DNA of 32,000 nucleotides. It comes from Pelotomaculum isophthalicicum JI. Its GTDB lineage: Bacteria > Bacillota > Desulfotomaculia > Desulfotomaculales > Pelotomaculaceae. Below, piece by piece: positions 16,077 to 24,331 of the stretch. Within the stretch, counting starts at the first letter, position 1, and every line of letters begins with the position of its first letter. A program made the translations under genes and the position numbers. The DNA lies in the NCBI RefSeq assembly GCF_029478095.1, contig NZ_JAKOAV010000015.1:3332-35331 (forward strand). Direction: 5' to 3'. A model generated the notes under the pieces. The model was not told the origin of the DNA, did no database searches, and saw nothing but the letters and a program-made list of their open reading frames with translations.

Positions 16077-19000
16077 GCGTCATACACCTCCCCTTCTTCG
16101 CGTAAATCTAAGGCATATTGAACGAATTTTGGTTTAGTAGGCTTAATTAGATTGTTCTTTCTCCAGCCTTGCAATAAACGCCTACCAAGTTCAGACGCCT
16201 GCCTGATGTGTAAATGCGGAGACATTTCTGCATACCAACCTAAAATAGCCTCAACAGGAGGTTTATAATTTAGTTTTTCTTCACTCAATTCCTTTTGAAT
16301 ATCTATACCGCTTTTAGGAAAGGCTGCCCCGATAACAAAATGGGCAATGTCGAGATCTAGTTTTATTGAATCCCTACGTTTTCCAGGCCGGGTCAAAAAA
16401 GCAAATCTCTGCTCTAACGGTACCACCGATACTTTTTTATTAACCTCCACAACCCAACCCAGTTCTATCAAATCATCTATTGTGACCGTTGTCCCCCTTA
16501 ACATTTTGTGCACGTCATCCCGGGGTAACGTTTCAGTATTCTGAAATAAGCTTAAAAATAGCCGTGTAACAGGCAGTGCAGATTCCGGAGGCCGCTTGAC
16601 AAGATCACCGCCAGTGTCATCCAGCAATTGATTTATTCCTAATAACGCATCTTTTATGGAGAGAACCTCACCGCTCCCGGTAAAAACCTGACCGTAATGA
16701 CGGCTGTAAAATTCTAGGGCTTTCCCTCGTAAAACCACCCTGATATCCGCTTCAGAAATATCCTGGTTGCGATATAATTCAAGGATACGTTGCTGGTTTT
16801 TAACTTCTTCTTTAACCCAGCGGCGCATTTTGGCCCAGGATACAGGTGTTGGATCCTCCAAACGCTTGCGGCAAACATGGAGAATGTCATACTCGATTTT
16901 GCGCGAGCCAAAGGCACCTCCCTCTCCTTTTGTTTCGTCACTACGGATAGGATAAGTGGCTACTAAAATAAATCCAGCCTCAAATAAACTGCGCAAAACA
17001 GCCTCCCACTGCCTGTCGTCATTGTGATGGAAGGTAAAGGCCAACAGTCCACCGGGCTTCAAAACTCTGTTTGCTTCCATCCAGCAGGCTGTAAGAGTAT
17101 TCTCATAAAATTCCGTCGCAGGTTCCGTGCGATAGAGAGGGTTTGGGTCACCAATGTTAAGCGCATTATCCTGCATATAATCCCTTATATATTGTAGGTG
17201 GTCGGCTTTTATAGTCGGCTTCTTTTCCCACTCTTCCCGGTCATCCGGGTGTTCAGCCCTGTTCCTTATTGCTTCAAGAGTTTTTGGTGTAGCCGTGGAA
17301 CGCCAATATTCAGCTTCCGGTTTGTCCTCATACCATTTCAACATCGGTATTCGTAGCCAGACGTAGAAGAAATCTGCCAAGTCAGCGTAAAATACATTGT
17401 CCGAGAAAGGCGGATCAGTTATTACCATGTCAATCATATTATCTTGGCAGAAATTTAAATCAGTAGAAGAAAAACAATATATATCTTCAATACTTTTTAG
17501 TATCTCATTTGTAAATAGATGTTTGCTGCTTTTATTATCTGATGCATTACTTATGTAAACATCCCAAGTATTTTGTAGCCAATTTAGTCCATTAATAACA
17601 TTTTTCTTAATTGAATAATAATTTCCATTACCTAAAGTACCGAAAGGCGCTACTTCAATATTTGTTTGCTTTGGGTAAAAATTATTATTTGCAAATAATT
17701 GGTTATTGTGATCTCTTTTAATATTATATGTGCAAAATAAGTTTAAAAAATTTAATGCCTGACTTAAACCCCCAACGACTTGCTGCAAATCTATTAAAGA
17801 GTGATCTTTGATTTTTAATATGCTTAACCTTAGAACCAAAGAATGCAATAGTAACTGTCTAGGATTAAACATTGTCCACCAATGTGTATAACCCCAATTG
17901 GGAATACCACCATTTAAATGATGCGTCATCCAGGCATATGGAAGCCTCTCCTTTGGCCAATAATCAAACAAATCACCATTTTTACGCTCAGCCCATTCTC
18001 TTTCAGCAAAAATTATTCGCCTTAGATCATAATCATCCGGTGCCTTAAAGTAACGCCCGTTGTAATTATAGCCCTCCGCTTCACATGCCGGACAATGGCA
18101 TTGCAGTGCGTATGTTGCTACCGGTGCTGTCCTGCGGGTGTCTTTTACTATCTCGAGGGCATTTTGGTTGAAATTCGAATCAGCGGCCAGTTCAATTATC
18201 TCTTTGTCCTCTTTTTCCCCTGCTATTATTGCCTGTCGCACCAAAGCAAGCCTACCTGATTGCCGCAACTGATCAACCCATTCAGGGGCATAGCCGCCGG
18301 CTTTCAATGCTTCAGCCATATCGTTAAGTGAAAGGCTCATTTTCACAGCAGTGAGCAAATCGTTCTCACGCCCGCAGGCTGAATTTTGACAGGTAAACTT
18401 GCTTTTACCTGGCACAGTGCCCTGGCGCGTATCCATAACAGTGCCGTCAGGCAGTTCTAAATATCTCGGCAATCCATATTTTTTCCGGTCGGTATCAACA
18501 TCAGCATCATCAATCTCACCGCTATTTAAATCCTGTTCATGGACATTGCCCTCACCGTCTTCTCCTGCGTACTCCTCTTCATCAAAATAAGCATGCGAAT
18601 CATCCTCGTCCAGTTTGATGCGGCCGCGCACTTCAATCAGTTCCAAATTTTTCAACCGCTCACGGAACCAGGCTTCCGTTTGTTCCGCCGTGGCTTTGGC
18701 AAAACCGCCCAAATCCATCTCATTTAATGTGCCGGGAGACCCTTTAAGCCATTCCGGATGAATGAGCAATGTCATGTATACGGGCTTACGCCCTATCCCC
18801 AACGCCTTTTTATCAACATTACCGGACTTGAAGTCATAAACGGGCTCATTGTTGACATAACCTTTTATTTTACCCCGCTGGCGCTCCAGTTCAGTAATTA
18901 ATTTTTCACCTGAAAAAGTTCCACAAGAAGGACAACACAAGCCTGGTTCATCGCCGGCGGATTCCAACAACCGTAATATTCCGGCCAGTTTTTCACCGGC

Positions 19001-20053
19001 GTTGCCCTTACTGTAATCTTTTAAACCCCGGGCATACGCTTGAGAAAGCTCCGTAAATTTACCTTCACCCGGCAGTATAACCCTGGGCGCTCCCGGCGCC
19101 ATCCGGGTTTCACCCAATTCGGCATGAAAAGACGTACCGCAGGAGGGACACTTTAATTCAATGTAACTGGTGGACAACTTTTTTTCCGCTACAACAGGCG
19201 AGCGAAAAACGGGTGTACGGTGGCCACAGCCGGTAGCAGGGCAAGGGCCATGTTTGGCCCAAAATGTATAGATAACCTCCGGCCCTTCCCAGCGATAATT
19301 ATGTCTTTCTTCTGGTGGCAAATCGATAGGATCCACAGATGCTATTTCATTTGTTCGTACATCAATCCAATTGCCCTTATGCCCACGGGGGCAGGTAGTT
19401 GTATAAAATGGCTGTATTTGAGGCTTTACTTCAGCCTCAATATGTTCAAAAAGTTTAGCAACCTCTTCCGGGTCTGAACAAGACAGTTCGTTTTTCACTA
19501 CCAACCATGCTACAGGGTTTAAATCAACCCCGTACATTTGCATGCCCAGGCGGGCTCCTTCAACCAGAGTGGTCCCACCACCCATAAAGTTATCTAAAAC
19601 TTTAAGATTTTTAAAATTTCCGGCCTTCTGGTGGTTTGCATAGTAATGCTCCCACACTTTTTTCGCAGCTTCGGCAGGATCTTCAGGGGCCTCGGTGGCA
19701 GCTGCTATCAAGGTTGATCTAAAAACTGAAGACCGTCTCCGTGCCCACCATTTTGACATTTGATAAATAGGTTTACCAGCGTTACCTTCCAGGGCTGACA
19801 AGGCATTAATTGGCGCTATGGGGAAATCCACCTCAAGGCAGGTTTTGGGACGGTCTGGATCAGAAAAATCCGGTACCTTTAGACGAACTGCTTTTCCTAA
19901 ATTGGGTGGAGCATCTTTTTGAATAATTTTTTTGGTAGTGCTTTTTGTTTCATTAAAGTTTAAGCTGGGACTCTCTAAAATTTTAAGCTGCTCATTATCA
20001 ACAACTAGTTGTAAATCACCATTTGTTGACTTGCTTTTTCGTCTAGCTGCCAT
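16073..20053 (-). CDS. Large DUF1156-type (COG1743-like, PF01555-class) N6-adenine/N4-cytosine DNA methyltransferase with multiple Zn-ribbons (PglXI-like)
   Basis: 1326 aa. N-terminal MSKWWARRRSSVFR (DUF1156 hallmark). AdoMet motif VLDNFMGGGTTLVEGARLG. Catalytic motif IV VITDPPF at residues ~880-883. C-terminal GGLLAFTFHH...AGFILVATYPIRSDET. Several CxxC...CxxC pairs (CPSCGTSF, CCPSCGT, CHCPACEAEG). Confidence 0.9.
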   Translation of the reverse strand: MAARRKSKSTNGDLQLVVDNEQLKILESPSLNFNETKSTTKKIIQKDAPPNLGKAVRLKVPDFSDPDRPKTCLEVDFPIAPINALSALEGNAGKPIYQMSKWWARRRSSVFRSTLIAAATEAPEDPAEAAKKVWEHYYANHQKAGNFKNLKVLDNFMGGGTTLVEGARLGMQMYGVDLNPVAWLVVKNELSCSDPEEVAKLFEHIEAEVKPQIQPFYTTTCPRGHKGNWIDVRTNEIASVDPIDLPPEERHNYRWEGPEVIYTFWAKHGPCPATGCGHRTPVFRSPVVAEKKLSTSYIELKCPSCGTSFHAELGETRMAPGAPRVILPGEGKFTELSQAYARGLKDYSKGNAGEKLAGILRLLESAGDEPGLCCPSCGTFSGEKLITELERQRGKIKGYVNNEPVYDFKSGNVDKKALGIGRKPVYMTLLIHPEWLKGSPGTLNEMDLGGFAKATAEQTEAWFRERLKNLELIEVRGRIKLDEDDSHAYFDEEEYAGEDGEGNVHEQDLNSGEIDDADVDTDRKKYGLPRYLELPDGTVMDTRQGTVPGKSKFTCQNSACGRENDLLTAVKMSLSLNDMAEALKAGGYAPEWVDQLRQSGRLALVRQAIIAGEKEDKEIIELAADSNFNQNALEIVKDTRRTAPVATYALQCHCPACEAEGYNYNGRYFKAPDDYDLRRIIFAEREWAERKNGDLFDYWPKERLPYAWMTHHLNGGIPNWGYTHWWTMFNPRQLLLHSLVLRLSILKIKDHSLIDLQQVVGGLSQALNFLNLFCTYNIKRDHNNQLFANNNFYPKQTNIEVAPFGTLGNGNYYSIKKNVINGLNWLQNTWDVYISNASDNKSSKHLFTNEILKSIEDIYCFSSTDLNFCQDNMIDMVITDPPFSDNVFYADLADFFYVWLRIPMLKWYEDKPEAEYWRSTATPKTLEAIRNRAEHPDDREEWEKKPTIKADHLQYIRDYMQDNALNIGDPNPLYRTEPATEFYENTLTACWMEANRVLKPGGLLAFTFHHNDDRQWEAVLRSLFEAGFILVATYPIRSDETKGEGGAFGSRKIEYDILHVCRKRLEDPTPVSWAKMRRWVKEEVKNQQRILELYRNQDISEADIRVVLRGKALEFYSRHYGQVFTGSGEVLSIKDALLGINQLLDDTGGDLVKRPPESALPVTRLFLSLFQNTETLPRDDVHKMLRGTTVTIDDLIELGWVVEVNKKVSVVPLEQRFAFLTRPGKRRDSIKLDLDIAHFVIGAAFPKSGIDIQKELSEEKLNYKPPVEAILGWYAEMSPHLHIRQASELGRRLLQGWRKNNLIKPTKPKFVQYALDLREEGEVYDA

Positions 20054-21051
20054 TACATTTCCTCCGGAAATTCAATTAATGGTACCAATACCTCAAAAAC
20101 TGTTAACCCTCCATGTGTCAGGTGGGGGTAACCTCCCTGTATCTTCCAGCGCCTTTGTCCCAGCACCATATGGTGATTATTTATGGTTGTGGCCAATGCA
20201 GGCATAAAACCGACAGGGAACGGAGTATCAGCCACACATGAACGGCTTGCGCCAAAATATTTAATTAAAATGTCTTTAGCTTGTTGTTCAGTTTCTTCGT
20301 TGGAAAATAATTTGCAATTAGCATAGCCATGATCTGAAGCAATAACCAGTTTCCTGCCTTTTCGCATTTTATTGACTAACTGCCAAAAGCCTGGACTGGT
20401 AAGTTCCTGTTGCACAGCATTCTCTACTTCCTCGGGTTCCCTTTTATAAAGGTGGATTAAGTCGTCAAGCCAACAGTGCCAAATAAATATATCCGGCGAA
20501 GGAGGAACGTCTCCTAGACAGTCCTGAAAAGGAGATGTCAATACATCGGTCCGGGTGGTCTTCCCTCCCAAAAGGAAAGAATCTGTAGCACCATTATTAA
20601 AAAGGCTCGCTCTGGATGGCATACCTAAAGCTTTGGCAAATTGTTCTGTTTCCGTTGGTAATTCAGCTCCTGTTATTTTTACAGAAACAGGATCCAACCC
20701 ATTAGCCCTGGCATTTTCAATTAACGGTTTCAATTCCCGCAAAGACAAAGCGTCAAGGATCAGTATAGCCCTGCCACCTACAGAGTTATCTTCCCACCAG
20801 CCTTTTAAGGCCTCCGCTGTACTGGTTACACAATCTATAAAATCATGCCATAGATTCCAGGCCGACTCTGCCAGTAACCTATCCAGTTTTACTGTAGCCT
20901 GATGCAGCATGGTCGGACTTACTTCCGGGGCTATCTCTAAAAGATAATTGATTATAGCCAGCCAGCAATTCTGGCTATTAGTATCATTTAATAAATTAAT
21001 CAATAAGTCTTGTTGTTTATTCAATAACTCTTTGTTTATATTACCCATCAA
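20053..21051 (-). CDS. pglZ: Stand-alone short PglZ-domain (alkaline-phosphatase superfamily) protein
   Basis: Motifs AILILDALSLRE, ELPTETEQFAKALG (nucleophile region), VIASDHGY and THGGLTVFEVLVPLIEF match the PglZ core. The track start at 21051 is TTG. ATG at 21048 overlaps the upstream stop (TGATG). The stop overlaps the methyltransferase start (TAATG). Confidence 0.8.
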   Translation of the reverse strand: MMGNINKELLNKQQDLLINLLNDTNSQNCWLAIINYLLEIAPEVSPTMLHQATVKLDRLLAESAWNLWHDFIDCVTSTAEALKGWWEDNSVGGRAILILDALSLRELKPLIENARANGLDPVSVKITGAELPTETEQFAKALGMPSRASLFNNGATDSFLLGGKTTRTDVLTSPFQDCLGDVPPSPDIFIWHCWLDDLIHLYKREPEEVENAVQQELTSPGFWQLVNKMRKGRKLVIASDHGYANCKLFSNEETEQQAKDILIKYFGASRSCVADTPFPVGFMPALATTINNHHMVLGQRRWKIQGGYPHLTHGGLTVFEVLVPLIEFPEEM

Positions 21052-23807
21052 TCTTTTCCCTCCGGCATGGTAACTTCCAAAATTGCCCGGGTGGTCGGCG
21101 GTAATTTTTGCAACAAGGCTTTTAGTTCTTTGACTGTAAGGCCTTTAAATTCCAGCTTTGCCAGGGATAATTTATCTGCTGTAGCCAATCCCCAGTTTTC
21201 AAATTCACCGGAAAGATTTAGGGTTGTTTTTTCCTCACTTCGTTTAACAGTAGGAGGCTTTATCCCCATTGTAGTCCCGGGTGTACCGTTCCTGGGAATT
21301 CCAATGGTTCCTCCACATATCGGGCCATCGCCTGGTGGCTCAGGAACTGGAACACCTGGTCCATTAACAGGCGGGACAACTGGGTCTGTAGGAATCGGAG
21401 GTGTCGTTGTCGGTGGTTGTGGCGGCGGAATCACGGTATCAGCACCTACTACGTCAGCTGTACCTAATATAATGTCATATAGCTCCTTACCACGTTTGGA
21501 TGCCTTTGTCCGTAACATCTGCAAAGTTACCTGATCATTTGCATGATCATCTTTCTTGCCCAGCCAGCTACCGCCTACATTAAGATAAATTTTCCCTGAT
21601 GCAGCCACCCGCAATATCTGCTCATAAATATAGATTTCTCCCAAATAAGGTACAGGCTCAACACCAGGCTTCACCGGTGGTTCCTTTAACTCAGTAAGAA
21701 ACGCCCCGACTGTCTGGGTATTGGAAGCAGCTTCTCCTACCATAATTTCAAAGTCTTCGAATGCAAACAAATTTTCTCTTATGACTTTTTCCACTTCATT
21801 TACAATTTCTGTACCACTCTTTGTTATCTGCTCAAAAGTAAATTTGCAATTTTGGGGGTTTTGAAAGTCCCAACTTTGTAAAACGGCAAAGCGATCATAA
21901 CGTGAACTGAGGGCTTTAATTAAATCGGTACGGAATTTACTTCCTTCTTTATTGTAATGTGCATCATTATTCCCCCATTGTTTACCCAGTAACGCAGCCC
22001 TGGCCTGAATAACTATTTCTTTGTCATCAAATATTGAGGAAGTGCCAACTTTAGGCAAAAGAAAACGTACTACATTCCGCTGTTTCGTTACATGTTTTTT
22101 CAGCCAGAGGCCCAGGTCGGAATTAAAATTTTCGGTGACTGCAGGTACTACAAATAAAACCGGTCTGTCCCAGCGCTCTGGTTGGTCATTTTCATCCAGA
22201 CCCTCCCACGGTGAGGTTAACCAAGAGGGTCCCGGGACAATTACTCTTGCCACAGACTCAGCGGCTACAGGTGTTAATGCATAACGTAATGTACTACGCA
22301 TGTATTCTTTATCACTACCATCTTCGAATAACTTATCATTTTTTGCCGAGGCCAATAATTTTGCCCTGGCGTTTTCTTCGACTTTAAACCTAAGGCGAGG
22401 CTGAACACCTTCCTCCTCATGAATATTGAAGGAGTTCTCTTTTATTTGAGTCAGTTCATCATTAAAAATATTGTCGTCGATTACAGATGACCTTGTAATA
22501 TCTAAATGCAACTCTTCTCTAATTCCACCAACTTTTATGCCAGGAGAAATGGACCGCATCCATAATGCGCTGATAATTCCTCTGGCGTTCGGGGCCTGTA
22601 CACCTGCTTGAATGACAGCCTCTAAATTTCGCTGAGCAATTTCTCTTAGCCGGTCTTGCTTTTCATCCGAAATAGCGTCCAGCAAAGACTGGACACCGCA
22701 GTCAACATTATCTACTGCAAAGTCTGCCGGTGTAATTATGCAATTACTTTCCGGTGTAGCCTTAAATATCTGTACTAGCACCTTAATCAAATCTCTGGAG
22801 CCCTGGGCTGCTTCTGAAAGTAAAATCTGATCTTCTAATAAATCTATTAACTCAGGTGCAAAGGGCCATGATTCCACCACTTCATTATGAATCCGGTCAT
22901 ATTCTGCTGCCGGTAAATGGCTATAGAGCAATCGAAACCGTTCAGCGGCATATACTGCTGTAGCTTGGCGTATTTCATTATCTGGAATATTACGCCGGTT
23001 TTCAAAAAGCCTATGCAAAACCAACCGTTTACGATCAGTTTTCGCTGTAACCCCTTTGAAATCAACCAGTGCGGGATTATCACGGTGGACCTGCCTATAG
23101 GCATCAGTTTGATTGTTACGAACAGAAATTATAAACCTAAAGATATCAGGGCGGTCCTTTGATAATTCCGAAAGGTTTTGTATGAAATTAAATGTCCAGG
23201 TGCGACGTTTACGACCGGTATCACCTGGCTCATCGTTAAGTCCATCAAACCAAGTTTGAAACTCATCAACAATAAGAACTGTTGGTTGTAGAGAAAACAT
23301 CTCTTCCATTAACGATCTGGCTGGAACAGGCACTCCCGAGGCCTCAAATTTCCCCTGCATTTTTTGCCCAGAAGGATGGCGCTCAAAAAGCAGGTCCCAT
23401 AGATATTCATATTCATTATTATGAACTGCTTCGGTTATTGGATAAAAACCTGAGGATAATTGTAAGTTTATCAGCTTATCGTTTCTCAGGCGCTGTCCCC
23501 AATCTTGTGCCCACGTCTCCACCACATCACGCGAAACGACAGCATGGTGGAGAGCTGCCATGATATGAGATTTACCGCGCCCCCTGTCGCCAATAAGAAC
23601 AACAGGCTTGCCAGTTCCCGCTTCACTGATAGCAAATAGTGCTTTTTGCAAATCTACAACTGGGTAGGTAATTCTAAAAAAATCCTCACTAGGTAAATCT
23701 AATGCGCCGGTACCATCGTCCCTCCGAAAGACAATGGCAGTATCACGCATATGCCCGTTTAAAAATTCCGCCCGCAGTTTCAAATCAAGCATAATTTTTT
23801 CCCCCAA
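21048..23807 (-). CDS. DUF499/BrxC(PglY)-like P-loop ATPase
   Basis: Walker A is VVLIGDRGRGKSHIMAAL and Walker B is VLIVDEFQTWF. The size and N-terminal layout are typical of COG1483/DUF499. The track start at 23807 is TTG. ATG at 23792 (MLDLKLRAEF) lies 8 nt after the SD GGGGGA and is more likely. The C-terminus has a Pro-rich linker plus a domain of about 90 aa. Confidence 0.85.
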   Translation of the reverse strand: MGEKIMLDLKLRAEFLNGHMRDTAIVFRRDDGTGALDLPSEDFFRITYPVVDLQKALFAISEAGTGKPVVLIGDRGRGKSHIMAALHHAVVSRDVVETWAQDWGQRLRNDKLINLQLSSGFYPITEAVHNNEYEYLWDLLFERHPSGQKMQGKFEASGVPVPARSLMEEMFSLQPTVLIVDEFQTWFDGLNDEPGDTGRKRRTWTFNFIQNLSELSKDRPDIFRFIISVRNNQTDAYRQVHRDNPALVDFKGVTAKTDRKRLVLHRLFENRRNIPDNEIRQATAVYAAERFRLLYSHLPAAEYDRIHNEVVESWPFAPELIDLLEDQILLSEAAQGSRDLIKVLVQIFKATPESNCIITPADFAVDNVDCGVQSLLDAISDEKQDRLREIAQRNLEAVIQAGVQAPNARGIISALWMRSISPGIKVGGIREELHLDITRSSVIDDNIFNDELTQIKENSFNIHEEEGVQPRLRFKVEENARAKLLASAKNDKLFEDGSDKEYMRSTLRYALTPVAAESVARVIVPGPSWLTSPWEGLDENDQPERWDRPVLFVVPAVTENFNSDLGLWLKKHVTKQRNVVRFLLPKVGTSSIFDDKEIVIQARAALLGKQWGNNDAHYNKEGSKFRTDLIKALSSRYDRFAVLQSWDFQNPQNCKFTFEQITKSGTEIVNEVEKVIRENLFAFEDFEIMVGEAASNTQTVGAFLTELKEPPVKPGVEPVPYLGEIYIYEQILRVAASGKIYLNVGGSWLGKKDDHANDQVTLQMLRTKASKRGKELYDIILGTADVVGADTVIPPPQPPTTTPPIPTDPVVPPVNGPGVPVPEPPGDGPICGGTIGIPRNGTPGTTMGIKPPTVKRSEEKTTLNLSGEFENWGLATADKLSLAKLEFKGLTVKELKALLQKLPPTTRAILEVTMPEGKD

Positions 23808-23948
23808 AAAGATATTAATCCTTATGTGAAAATCTATAATATCAATTCATAATAATATTATATCCATTTTTATCCGTTTCTTTTAAGCAGAACAGTCAAA
23901 ATAGCTCACATGAAAATTCTACAAAATCATAAATAAACCTCCAATTAT

Positions 23949-24137
23949 TTACCTGAATTGATTATTAATATTGCTGGTAAAAATTGTGGCAAATAAAAGT
24001 AATGAGGAAGCCACAGGACCTGGACCGGTCAAGCCTTCCTCTGTGGTCACCGGTCCAGGACCTATGGGGTTGTGATTGAAAACTCGCTCCAAGGGTCGGG
24101 CGGTCGTGCTCTTGCGGCATTCCTTATTTACTGCCAT
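23949..24137 (-). CDS. Hypothetical 62-aa protein (possible small membrane protein) in the intergenic region between the KAP gene and the BREX-like operon
   Basis: ATG preceded by a strong SD GGGAGGG at 8 nt. C-terminal hydrophobic stretch VASSLLLFATIFTS. The ORF also contains a 14-bp inverted repeat that may be the real functional element. Confidence 0.3.
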   Translation of the reverse strand: MAVNKECRKSTTARPLERVFNHNPIGPGPVTTEEGLTGPGPVASSLLLFATIFTSNINNQFR

Positions 24138-24200
24138 ATCATTTTCCCTCCCATCTTTTTTATCGGGCGGGCACCAAGCTGTAAACGGGAGCTCACACGT

Positions 24201-24237
24201 AAAAAATAAATAACCGGAGAACTTACCGGTCAGTTCT
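24201..24237 (-). terminator. Intrinsic terminator after the KAP NTPase gene
   Basis: Minus strand reads AGAACTgaccggtaAGTTCT, or alternatively ACCGGtaagttctCCGGT, followed by TATTTATTTTTT. Confidence 0.5.
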
Positions 24238-24331
24238 AGTGTAATAGCTATTTAAATACTTGCCATGTTCATTTTATAAATACTTCGCCATTAATTAAAT
24301 TATATAAAATTTAGACTTTCCCCCTTATACA

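Noticed and set aside
22847-23104. Alternative-frame minus-strand ORFs inside real genes (22847..23104, 13345..13605, 16714..16941, 26812..27006, 993..1187, 1606..1830)
   Set aside because: They are nested out of frame in genes with strong family motifs, have no independent RBS, and their sequences are not protein-like.
23793-23807. TTG start at 23807 for the DUF499 gene (MGEKIM...)
   Set aside because: The GGGGGA Shine-Dalgarno lies inside these codons, 8 nt upstream of the ATG at 23792. The ATG is the better-supported start, so the extra 5 codons are probably not translated.
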